From Candidatus Micrarchaeum sp. (lineage in GTDB: Archaea; Micrarchaeota; Micrarchaeia; Micrarchaeales; Micrarchaeaceae), in NCBI RefSeq assembly GCF_016806735.1, contig NZ_CP060530.1, positions 330,001-362,000 of the forward strand: a DNA stretch of 32,000 nt, written 5' to 3'. The translations under genes were made by a program, and so were the position numbers. Under the pieces are notes generated by a model, which was not told where the DNA came from, searched no databases, and worked only from the letters and a program-made list of their open reading frames with translations. Positions 8,653-16,722 of this stretch are shown here, in pieces. How positions within the stretch are numbered: position 1 is the stretch's first letter; every line of letters begins with the position of its first letter.

Positions 8653-10311
8653 ATGGGAAAAACCACTTCGCACAAAGCACAAAGTGCAATGGAATACCTT
8701 ATGACATACGGCTGGGCAATATTGATAATAGCTATTGTTCTTGCAGCTTTGTTCTCTCTTGGTATTTTCAGTTCTGGTTCTCTCATAGGGACCACGTGCA
8801 TTGCAAATTCCGGCTTCTTATGCAGCTCGCCGATAGCGTATGGAACTACCTTTACTGCTACGATAGGCGAGGCCACAGGTGTGCCATGGACAAACGTTGT
8901 CCTTTGCTTTGTTCCTGACGGAGTGTCAGAGCCTTCTTCCTGCTCTGGATATCCTTCGGTTGCTGCAGGAAACATACGAAGCGGCGCACCCAAAACCTAT
9001 TCATTTACCATACTGTCTTCCAGTTCAACAACCAGCGGATATATATGGGCACAGTACGACGAAGCAAGCTATTCTGGCCTAATGTCCGAACTCGCAACCG
9101 TGACGATGAAGGGATTGAAACCAAGTTCAGCCACTACGTCAATTTCTTCTACCAGCACTTCAACAAAAACTACAACTTCCACATCTACAACTACATTAAC
9201 AACCACTTCCACAACCTCCACATCTACAACAACTACAATTTTGCCTTCGGGAGTAACGGATTATGCAAATGTCGTAATAACAAACTCGCAGAGCACAGCC
9301 ACTCCAGCACCCTTCCAGCAGGAAGTGCAGATCCCTGAATCAGACTATTCAAACTATATCTCATACAACGGCGTCTCTGCAAATTTCGAATTCTTCGCCA
9401 GCGGAGGTTCCGTTATACCTGCGTGGATAGAGAGCAACAGCAGTGGCACATTGACAGTTTGGCTGAATCTCGCGAACGGGATTCCTGCCTCAAACAGCAT
9501 AACCGTATACCTTGGCTTTGCTCCGAAGACCACAAACCTGCTCTCAAGCAGTGGCACAACAGGCATCGGTGAAGCTCCTCAGCTTTCGCCATCATACGCC
9601 GAATACGACGATGGGGCGAGTGTGTTCAACTTTTACAGCGACTTCAAAGGAACGAGCTTAAATACAAACAAATGGACAAGTGGAACGTCAAATGGGGGGA
9701 CTATAACAGTAAACAATGGTATTACTTTAACATATTCAAGCTCATCTGCAGGAGGGGCTTGGATTGTCGGTAATCAATATTTCTCTCAATCATCCAATGT
9801 TGTTTTTGAAGCACTGTTTAATATGTATGGAACTTCAAACTTTGATGATACCAGAGGAAGAATGTATTGGTGGGAACAAGGACAGACAAGTATTGCAGAC
9901 GATAATGACGGCGCTATTACTGAAATTTTAGGGGAAGGCGATTACGGGTATTATACCTTATCATCTATAGGCGCAAACATAGCAAACATAATGTTACCTG
10001 CTGAAACTATCTCTATCTTAGGGACACTTCCGGCTCCTTCATCTTCTTCTGATTATAATGTAATGTCACAACAGATACTTGCTTCAGGGACTTTTATATT
10101 TAATACGCTTAATTATCCTTCATATTCTTTAATTGCCAGTAAAACAGTTACAGGCTCAACTACCAATTCTTTCTCTCCATTAATTCAAGCTTCTGATGAT
10201 GGCTCTAGTGGAAATACTGTAACTTTTAATGTTCAGTGGGTTCGTGTCCGTGCCTATCCACCCAGCGGAGTAATGCCAAGCGTCAGCTTGGGATCTGTGA
10301 TAATTGGCTGA
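8653..10311 (+). CDS. Secreted or surface protein: class III (type IV pilin-like) signal peptide, Ser/Thr-rich linker, DUF2341-like plus concanavalin/LamG-like C-terminal region
   Basis: N-terminus MGKTTSHKAQSAMEYLMTYGWAILIIAIVLAAL matches the archaeal prepilin motif ([KR][GA]Q-S-x-x-E-[YL]L followed by a hydrophobic helix). Residues 157-196 are almost entirely S/T. Residues about 200-300 (VITNSQ...IPAWIESNSSGTLTVWLNLANGIPASNSITVYLGF) resemble DUF2341. The following YDDGASVFNFYSDFKGTSLNTNKWT resembles LamG/glucanase-fold lectin domains. Confidence 0.75.
   Translation: MGKTTSHKAQSAMEYLMTYGWAILIIAIVLAALFSLGIFSSGSLIGTTCIANSGFLCSSPIAYGTTFTATIGEATGVPWTNVVLCFVPDGVSEPSSCSGYPSVAAGNIRSGAPKTYSFTILSSSSTTSGYIWAQYDEASYSGLMSELATVTMKGLKPSSATTSISSTSTSTKTTTSTSTTTLTTTSTTSTSTTTTILPSGVTDYANVVITNSQSTATPAPFQQEVQIPESDYSNYISYNGVSANFEFFASGGSVIPAWIESNSSGTLTVWLNLANGIPASNSITVYLGFAPKTTNLLSSSGTTGIGEAPQLSPSYAEYDDGASVFNFYSDFKGTSLNTNKWTSGTSNGGTITVNNGITLTYSSSSAGGAWIVGNQYFSQSSNVVFEALFNMYGTSNFDDTRGRMYWWEQGQTSIADDNDGAITEILGEGDYGYYTLSSIGANIANIMLPAETISILGTLPAPSSSSDYNVMSQQILASGTFIFNTLNYPSYSLIASKTVTGSTTNSFSPLIQASDDGSSGNTVTFNVQWVRVRAYPPSGVMPSVSLGSVIIG
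9121..9240 (+). repeat. Low-complexity Thr/Ser codon tract (linker inside the pilin-like gene)
   Basis: Codons act/aca/acc/tcc/tct reiterated, encoding SSATTSISSTSTSTKTTTSTSTTTLTTTSTTSTSTTTT. No fixed repeat unit. Confidence 0.6.
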
Positions 10312-10342
10312 TTCACTTTATACGAAGGCATACGCGCAAAAA

Positions 10343-11128
10343 TCAATCCTTTCCAATCTCTATGCTGAAAGGCCCCGCAGGTATCTGCTGCATTATGTAG
10401 TCGAGGTCGTCGTAATCGTCTAGTTCATGCGCAATCTTCTTTGCTGCGTCGCTCTTCTTATCCTTGCCCTGCGATATAACAACGTATTTTTTGGGCTTTA
10501 GCCGTTCCATTGCCTTTTCAGGTACCACATATAGCTTATCATCTTCTACAAATGCTGTCAAACCCAATTGCGTGTTGCGGAACCACTCGCGCTCGCCGCT
10601 CAGCAAAAAGCTCCCGGTCCCTATTGAGCCCTTGGAAGTCGCCTTGCTTACCTGCTCCCTTTTCATGCAGTATACGTCTACGCTCCTCTGCATGTTGTCC
10701 CATGCGCTCGAATAGCTTGCTGCAAACTGTGCCGCTTCCTCCTTGGCTTTCTGCGCAGCTGAAGATCCGTTTTTGAGTATGACAACAGAAGCACCGAATA
10801 TGTCTGCGTGGAAAAACAGGTCTTCTTCCTCAAAGTAATCAGAATTAAGCTTCTCGTTCTGCTTCGCATCGCGCCCTCCTATTGCAAGCAATCCTTCATC
10901 GGTATTGAACCAGTGGAATTTCTCGTACCATTCTCGTTTCCTTACCTTTTTCACTGCTGCCTTGCTGCTGCGTTCTTTGAAGGAGTCCTTTTCAGATTTG
11001 AGCCTTTTTTCCAGTTCTTCAATGCTGCGCTTTGCGCCCTCTGCCTTGTGCGCCAGCCTTTTGGACCTCACATAGTAATCGTTGGCGTTGTCCTGCGCGC
11101 TTTTGGTGAAGTCTATCTTTACTTCCAT
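10343..11128 (-). CDS. NFACT-R (DUF814) domain protein: C-terminal-half homolog of Rqc2/NEMF/FbpA-type ribosome quality-control factors
   Basis: WYEKFHWFNTDEGLLAIGGRDAKQNEKLNSDYFEEEDLFFHADIFGASVVILKNG ... SYSSAWDNM ... VSKATSKGSIGTGSFLLSG closely follows the conserved NFACT-R block of NEMF/Rqc2 (WFEKFxWFxSSe..GGRDxxQNE...HAdxhGA...aWd...G.f...G). It is preceded by a charged coiled-coil segment. Confidence 0.8.
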   Translation of the reverse strand: MEVKIDFTKSAQDNANDYYVRSKRLAHKAEGAKRSIEELEKRLKSEKDSFKERSSKAAVKKVRKREWYEKFHWFNTDEGLLAIGGRDAKQNEKLNSDYFEEEDLFFHADIFGASVVILKNGSSAAQKAKEEAAQFAASYSSAWDNMQRSVDVYCMKREQVSKATSKGSIGTGSFLLSGEREWFRNTQLGLTAFVEDDKLYVVPEKAMERLKPKKYVVISQGKDKKSDAAKKIAHELDDYDDLDYIMQQIPAGPFSIEIGKD

Positions 11129-11132
11129 GAAA

Positions 11133-11336
11133 TCATATTAGGGAAAGGTTTCCCGCTATGGCAAGGGATATTATTATTCCGAGAATAAGACCAAGCACTC
11201 CCACTATAAGTATGCCTATTATTATGACCTTGGCAGTCTTCTTGAATTCATCGTTCTTGGGCCTGTAGCTTATGTTGATGATATGCCTCGAATTCGTCCA
11301 AAAGCTGCGAAGCCTTTTAACTACGTTCATGTCCAT
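11133..11336 (-). CDS. secE: Preprotein translocase subunit SecE (Sec61-gamma), 67 aa
   Basis: The C-terminal 67 aa of track ORF 11133..11891 read MDMNVVKRLRSFWTNSRHIINISYRPKNDEFKKTAKVIIIGILIVGVLGLILGIIISLAIAG... This is the archaeal SecE pattern (amphipathic helix, KP-x-x-x-EF-x-x-x-AKV, one TM). ATG at 11336, with TATA-like ttataaat/tatattta boxes just upstream. The remainder of the 252-aa ORF is antisense to thiI. Confidence 0.75.
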   Translation of the reverse strand: MDMNVVKRLRSFWTNSRHIINISYRPKNDEFKKTAKVIIIGILIVGVLGLILGIIISLAIAGNLSLI

Positions 11337-11463
11337 GCAAATACCGATAATGCTATAACTGCGCTTATAAATAGCACGCTGTATATTTATTTTTAGCTGC
11401 GCAGTATTAAAAACATGCTGCACCAATGCCATTGCATTCGCCTTAAATATTTTCAATGCAAAA

Positions 11464-12666
11464 ATGTTCTCCTGTGTAACCATGCCCGAAATGCAAAGAT
11501 ATGAAGGAATAGTCATACACTTCGGCGAGCTGTGGCTAAAGGGCAGGAACAGGCACGATTTCATAAGCGCGCTGCTGCGCAACATAAAGCTTGCCCTTCC
11601 TGATGAATACAAATCAAAGCTTGTCAAGATGCGCGACAGGCTCATGCTTGAAGTCCAATCCAACGAGGATATCGTCATATGCATGGGTGTGCTCTCTAAC
11701 GTTTTCGGCATATCGTGGTTCGCGCCCTTCATGAAATCTGGAACTGATATGGATTCAATGATCTCCGTAGCCAACTCATTTTTCAATGCGGGCGAGAATG
11801 TAAAGATAGAGCCGCACAGGTCCAGCAAAAAGGGGCCAATGACATCAAAGGACATAGTCTCAAATTTCATAAAAAGGCAGGCAGAGCTCAAGTTCGTTCC
11901 AGAGAAACTCGGGGAAAAAAGGCTTTATATAGACGTTCTGGAGGATTTCTGCATAGTGCACAGCAAGAAGCGAAAGGGCCTCGGTGGTCTTCCAGTGGGC
12001 ACATCCGGCAGGGCCGTAGTCCTGCTATCCGGAGGCATAGACTCACCAGTAGCTGCGTACTATGCGCTCAAGCGAGGATTGGAACCAATATACATTCACT
12101 TCTATGCCTATGGCAGCATCAAAGAGTTTTACGATACGAAGATGCCAAAGATTCTGAATTTATTGCTGAAATATTATCCAAGGGCAAAGGTGTATGCAGT
12201 TCCAGTGCATCTTTTCCAGATATCTGCCATGAAAGAGCAGCAGAAATACGAAGTGGTACTATTCAAAAAATTCATATACGAAACCGCGCAGATCATATCC
12301 GAAATGGAGAAAGCCAAGGTCATAGTTACGGGAGAGAGCCTTGGGCAGGTATCATCTCAGACAGCTGAAAACCTTGCTGCTACGTCGCAGAACATACACT
12401 ATCTTATTTTCAGGCCGCTGCTGGGCTTTGACAAGCAGGAGATAATAACAAAGTCAAAGGAGCTTGGCATATATGACCTTTCTATAATGCCATACAAGGA
12501 TGCTTGCTCGCTCAGGTCAAGGAATCCTGTAACGCGCATAAGCTCTACGGCGCTGGAATCCATATATTCAAGGGCTGGGCTCGAACAGATGCCATCACAG
12601 AGCATAGAAAAGGCACGCATTGGATTCTGGAACGGCAAATCAATAGAACACTATCCAAAGGATTAA
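11464..12666 (+). CDS. thiI: tRNA 4-thiouridine synthase / sulfur carrier ThiI (THUMP plus PP-loop ATPase, no rhodanese domain)
   Basis: N-terminal GELWLKGRNRHDFISALLRNIK (ThiI ferredoxin-like/THUMP start). PP-loop AVVLLSGGIDSPVAAY. Downstream TGESLGQVSSQT motif. The true start may be the ATG at 11482 or 11494. Confidence 0.85.
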   Translation: MFSCVTMPEMQRYEGIVIHFGELWLKGRNRHDFISALLRNIKLALPDEYKSKLVKMRDRLMLEVQSNEDIVICMGVLSNVFGISWFAPFMKSGTDMDSMISVANSFFNAGENVKIEPHRSSKKGPMTSKDIVSNFIKRQAELKFVPEKLGEKRLYIDVLEDFCIVHSKKRKGLGGLPVGTSGRAVVLLSGGIDSPVAAYYALKRGLEPIYIHFYAYGSIKEFYDTKMPKILNLLLKYYPRAKVYAVPVHLFQISAMKEQQKYEVVLFKKFIYETAQIISEMEKAKVIVTGESLGQVSSQTAENLAATSQNIHYLIFRPLLGFDKQEIITKSKELGIYDLSIMPYKDACSLRSRNPVTRISSTALESIYSRAGLEQMPSQSIEKARIGFWNGKSIEHYPKD

Positions 12667-12837
12667 CCATAATTATGCGGTTTTCAGCGCTGCCAGTTTC
12701 AAAGGCACCACAAACCCCAAAACCCTAAGCTGAAAAACCCAAAAGAGAGATTTTGCAAGCCTTAAGCATAAATATAAAACTGCGTCATCTTTTTAAATAT
12801 TCGCTCAATATATTTATTGACAATTCAAGGTGTAAAA

Positions 12838-13122
12838 ATGGCTGAGAAAAAACAGGAAAAAATTATAGTGACGCTGGACCCAAGCATGGAGTACGCCAGG
12901 CGCTTGCACTATAACGAGAAACATTCGGGCTGGTCGATATTCAGGGCAATATATTGGAGCATATACATATTCGTTTTCGGGGTACTGCTGTACACGCTGG
13001 TCCCTGCGGGCATGCCAGTATCAGCATTCTTCGGGCTTGCAATAATGGTGCTTGCTATATTTGTGATAGTATACGGATTCAGCACATCACTTCACCTGAA
13101 GCTAATGAAGAGATACGCATAA
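12838..13122 (+). CDS. Small hypothetical membrane protein (2 TM helices)
   Basis: ATG at 12838 (MAEKKQEKIIV...) preceded by aggtg 8 nt upstream. Two hydrophobic spans (IYWSIYIFVFGVLLYTLV, FFGLAIMVLAIFVIVYGF). Followed by a hairpin plus T-tract. Confidence 0.45.
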   Translation: MAEKKQEKIIVTLDPSMEYARRLHYNEKHSGWSIFRAIYWSIYIFVFGVLLYTLVPAGMPVSAFFGLAIMVLAIFVIVYGFSTSLHLKLMKRYA

Positions 13123-13165
13123 GGCCATAATGGCCTTGTGCCTTTTTGTTTTTTCTTTTCCTTTA
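13121..13165 (+). terminator. Hairpin plus oligo-T tract downstream of the small membrane protein gene
   Basis: Perfect palindrome AAGGCCAT-A-ATGGCCTT (13121..13137) overlaps the stop codon. It is followed by cctttttgttttttcttttcc, matching archaeal oligo-T termination signals. Confidence 0.4.
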
Positions 13166-13316
13166 TATTTCCATTTATAATTGCATCTTAATGAAAAAGC
13201 TGTGTAGAACCGCTAGCACTACCAATCGTGTAGTATTTATAATATTTGCCAATAAATAAATCTGTCAATTGAAACAACTACTAAAAATTACTGTATAAAC
13301 TTTAAAACTGATTTGC

Positions 13317-14480
13317 TTGAACTTTAATTTCTACGAGGCCAAACGATACAAGCTATTCATACTCATACCTATAGCTTTGCTTTTGATAAGCCTAGTGTTC
13401 ATACCTCACATAAGATACGATTCGTCACTGGCCGGGGGCATAACCGTACAGTTCTCTACGACCAATGCCATAACCACCAGGGGGCTTACCTCGTCTATGG
13501 CATCCGTAATACCCGGTGCTACTGCTTCGGTGTCTAGGGTGGGTGCAGTGTATACTGCTTCAGTAACAATACCTGAAAATTCCAGCATAGTTGACGCAAA
13601 CGACAAGCTGTTGGCCTTATACTCTGACTATAATGCATACTCATCTGCAGAGCTCAATCTGGTCTCGGCTTCTACTGGGCTAAAGTCCGATCCCAGCAAC
13701 TCCACGCTAAAGTCAGAGCTTGCATCTGCGCAGGCAAATGTCACTGCATCACTGTCAAAAATGAGCACGGACCTTGGTGCCGAGCTGGCTCTGCTTTCGC
13801 CATTCATAAGTGCAAATTCATCTGCATACTCATATAATTCCAGCAATGCTGCCGGAATGCTCGCTGTTGGCAAGGATGCCTATTCCGCTTCTTCAAGCGC
13901 TTACAAATCCAAAGTAATATCTGGTATGAGGTTAGTAGTGCCATTCACTTCATATTCATATGAAGAGGTTACTCCAACTCTCGGAGCCTTCTTCCTGAAC
14001 CATATGATACAGATAATAATTGCGTCATTCGTAATCATAGCGATCGCGGTCTTTGCGGTGTTCAGGATACCGATACCGTCACTTGCGGTGGTATTTGGCG
14101 CAGGCAACGACATATTGATAGCCCTGGGAGCCATGGGTGCCTTCGGCATACCGATGGGCCTGGCATCAGTCGGTGGCTTGCTAATGCTCATAGGATATTC
14201 AATAGACACGGAAATGCTGTCTTCCATAAGGATACTTAAAAGGAGCGAGGACACAGTCACGCACAGGGCATTCTCAACAATGAAAACCGGAACCACAATG
14301 ACTGCAGCGGCGATAATATCTTTCGCTACGCTGTTTATCATAGCTTATGTGTTCTACATACCTACATACATAGAAATAGCAGGAGTCGCGCTCTTCGGCC
14401 TGATAGGCGACATATTCACGACTTGGTTCGGGAACACAGTGATGATAGTGTGGTATAAATCAAGCAGGGAGCCAAAATGA
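13317..14480 (+). CDS. secF: Protein-export membrane protein SecF
   Basis: The C-terminal 6-TM block with ...LIGYSIDTEMLSSIRILKR... matches the SecF GYS-x-x-D-x-I-V-x-x-D-R pattern. There is a large Ser/Ala-rich sequon-rich extracytoplasmic loop after TM1. TTG start (no in-frame ATG before TM1). The 4-nt overlap (ATGA) with secD suggests translational coupling. Confidence 0.8.
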   Translation: MNFNFYEAKRYKLFILIPIALLLISLVFIPHIRYDSSLAGGITVQFSTTNAITTRGLTSSMASVIPGATASVSRVGAVYTASVTIPENSSIVDANDKLLALYSDYNAYSSAELNLVSASTGLKSDPSNSTLKSELASAQANVTASLSKMSTDLGAELALLSPFISANSSAYSYNSSNAAGMLAVGKDAYSASSSAYKSKVISGMRLVVPFTSYSYEEVTPTLGAFFLNHMIQIIIASFVIIAIAVFAVFRIPIPSLAVVFGAGNDILIALGAMGAFGIPMGLASVGGLLMLIGYSIDTEMLSSIRILKRSEDTVTHRAFSTMKTGTTMTAAAIISFATLFIIAYVFYIPTYIEIAGVALFGLIGDIFTTWFGNTVMIVWYKSSREPK

Positions 14481-16057
14481 ACGTCAAGAATAGCTACATA
14501 ACGGACAAGCGCATAATAGTGCTAGTAATAGTTTTTCTAGCCCTGGCGTTGCTTGACGTACATTACGGATTGCATTTTGGAATAGAATTCATCGGCGGTA
14601 CGCAAATACCTGTGACGCTTGAGCAGAGCGTGAACGCAACGGAAATGAGCAGCATAATATCCACAATACAGCAGAGGGTATCGACGTTCGGACTTAAGCA
14701 GGTGACCGTAGAGGGAGTAGGCAGCGACGAAGTATACGTGACTTTGCCAAGCGTATCAAGCACTGAAATAAACAAGACGGCATCGATAATCGACAGCCAG
14801 GGCCACTTTCTTGGGATAGTCAACGGCATACAGGCGATAAACGGCAGCAGCATACTTCCAGGAAGCATAGGCATAGTGCCTCCCACTACAATAAATAATA
14901 CGGTAGGATGGCAGGTTTCGTTCTTCATAACACAAACCGCAGCCACGTCGTTTGCGAAGGCGGTTTTCGGCCAGGCAAACAAGCCGCTTTACATGTTTTT
15001 GGACAGGCCATCAGGTACAATCATACTTCTAAACAGTTCAATGCTGGGCAACGCCTCGGCAGGGGTTTCGGCATCAGAAGCAGAAGCCGCAATGAAGAAC
15101 GCTTTGGCGTACAACAAGCAGCCGATTCCGCTTATAGTCGTCTACAACAACAATGCTAGCATAAGCGCAGCGGAAAGCTACATAAACGTGAGCAAGAGAT
15201 CGTACACGCAGATTTTCGCCAGCGACAATCTCCCATCATCGCTGATAAGCTACGCAAAGTCGTTGAATTACACTGTCAAGCTGGAAAGCAAGGCCAATAT
15301 GACGCCATCATTCACTGAAGTATCTGTAGGGAATTTCTCGCTCAATACATGGCCCCTGATAGGGCTGCTTTCATCTCCTGAGCTTAATCCGTCAATAACC
15401 AACGGTAGCGTCGGAGACAGCTACGAGATATCCGGTGCGGCGCCAACCACGCTCGCATATGCGCAGAAGCTAAACTACGCGACCAACACTTCGAAGACAA
15501 TAGCGAGCATACTTACCGGCGGAGCTCTTCCTGTTCAGGTAATAGTCGGAACGCCGACTTCAATACCGCCAACGCTTGGAAAGAGCTCGCTCGACATAAG
15601 CATAATAGCCCTAATAACCGCTATAGTCTTGGTATCAATATTCATAGTCATAAGGTACAGGAGGGTTTTCCTTGTAGGCCCGATCCTGATTACAACGCTG
15701 CTCGAGCTGTTCATAATAATATCAGTGATAGGCCTGGTCGGAACGATAGACCTTTCGGCATTCGCCGGAATGATAGCCGTCGTAGGAACAGGAGTAGACG
15801 CACAGATAATAATAACCGACGAAATACTCTCAAGGAAAAACACAAGCGAAAGCTCGAAGAGCATATTGGGCAACGCGTTCTATATAGTGTGGGCCGATGC
15901 GCTCTTGCTGATAATAGCAATGCTGCCGCTGTTCTTCTCAACATCGCTTGTCGAAGTAATAGGATTTTCCGAGTCCACGATAATAGGTGCCCTGATGGGT
16001 GTTCTAGTGACAAGGCCGGCTTACGGCGCCATAGTCAGCAGGCACTATGCGAACTAA
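14477..16057 (+). CDS. secD: Protein-export membrane protein SecD
   Basis: N-terminal TM, then GIEFIGGTQIPV (SecD G-x-D-L-x-GG-like), a large extracytoplasmic domain, and a C-terminal 6-TM block with VVGTGVDAQIIITDEIL (SecD G-x-x-VDA-x-V-x-I-x-E pattern). The secF-secD gene order is typical of archaea. Confidence 0.8.
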   Translation: MNVKNSYITDKRIIVLVIVFLALALLDVHYGLHFGIEFIGGTQIPVTLEQSVNATEMSSIISTIQQRVSTFGLKQVTVEGVGSDEVYVTLPSVSSTEINKTASIIDSQGHFLGIVNGIQAINGSSILPGSIGIVPPTTINNTVGWQVSFFITQTAATSFAKAVFGQANKPLYMFLDRPSGTIILLNSSMLGNASAGVSASEAEAAMKNALAYNKQPIPLIVVYNNNASISAAESYINVSKRSYTQIFASDNLPSSLISYAKSLNYTVKLESKANMTPSFTEVSVGNFSLNTWPLIGLLSSPELNPSITNGSVGDSYEISGAAPTTLAYAQKLNYATNTSKTIASILTGGALPVQVIVGTPTSIPPTLGKSSLDISIIALITAIVLVSIFIVIRYRRVFLVGPILITTLLELFIIISVIGLVGTIDLSAFAGMIAVVGTGVDAQIIITDEILSRKNTSESSKSILGNAFYIVWADALLLIIAMLPLFFSTSLVEVIGFSESTIIGALMGVLVTRPAYGAIVSRHYAN

Positions 16058-16068
16058 AATTGGTATAA

Positions 16069-16719
16069 ATGATAAAATACTGCCCGACCTGCAACAGGTC
16101 AAGCGAAGAAGCGCGCTTCATAGGCGAGTTCTGCGAGTTCTGCGTTGCGGACAAGATAAAAGCCACGCTGCCTAAAGTGGTCAAGGTGCGCCGCTGCAGA
16201 GTCTGTGGATCGATAAGGGACAGCAAGGGCTTTACGCAATACACCGATGAAGCCATGGCTGACGCAATAGCGCAGCAGATGCATGCTCCAAATTGCAAGA
16301 TAAAGCTCAAGGAGTTCGACGAAATGAGAAGGATTGCTCTTCTTCGCATCGAATGCGAGCTAAACGAGGGCACAGTAAGGTTCAACTATGAAGTCGACGT
16401 AAGGTTCACCAAAGAGATGTGCCCGAGCTGCTACAGGAAAAGCGCCGGCTACTACGAGGCAATAGTGCAGGTGCGCGGTTCAGAGCATAAGGTTGCAGGC
16501 TTCCTGGACAGCTTTTCGCGATTTCTAGAAAAGGGCAACGCCTTCGTAAGCAAAACAGCAGAGATGGGAAACGGCATAGACATGTACGTCAGCGACAAGA
16601 AGCTGGTCACAGGATACTTCATGCTGCACAAGACGATAAAGCCCAAGGTATCGTACAAGCTGTACGGAGTGAAAAAAGGGAAAAAGCTCTACAGGCACAT
16701 ATATTCGGTAAGCCTCTGA
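16069..16719 (+). CDS. NMD3-family protein (ribosomal large-subunit biogenesis/export factor homolog), short archaeal form
   Basis: N-terminal Cys pairs CPTC...CEFC...CRVCGS, then CPSCYRKSAGYYEAIVQVRG, matching the NMD3 C-x2-C...ggyyeAilQlR block. Confidence 0.6.
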   Translation: MIKYCPTCNRSSEEARFIGEFCEFCVADKIKATLPKVVKVRRCRVCGSIRDSKGFTQYTDEAMADAIAQQMHAPNCKIKLKEFDEMRRIALLRIECELNEGTVRFNYEVDVRFTKEMCPSCYRKSAGYYEAIVQVRGSEHKVAGFLDSFSRFLEKGNAFVSKTAEMGNGIDMYVSDKKLVTGYFMLHKTIKPKVSYKLYGVKKGKKLYRHIYSVSL

Positions 16720-16722
16720 AGC

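Noticed and set aside
9121-9240. Possible tandem DNA repeat or array in the Thr/Ser tract
   Set aside because: There is no fixed period and no spacer structure. It is in-frame low-complexity coding sequence (a linker), not a CRISPR-like or satellite repeat.
10255-10311. C-terminus of the 552-aa protein (PPSGVMPSVSLGSVIIG) as a possible archaeosortase sorting signal
   Set aside because: The hydrophobic stretch is too short (about 13 aa). There is no basic tail and no recognisable PGF/PEF/VPXXXP-type motif.
11337-11891. N-terminal 185 codons of the 252-aa track ORF 11133..11891
   Set aside because: It is antisense to the well-supported thiI gene and has no recognisable motif. Only the C-terminal 67 codons match SecE, with their own ATG and upstream TATA-like boxes.
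13191-13259. 22-codon ORF (MKKLCRTASTTNRVVFIIFANK) in the spacer upstream of secF
   Set aside because: No recognisable family, and it lies in an AT-rich promoter-like region. It is too short to support without conservation data.
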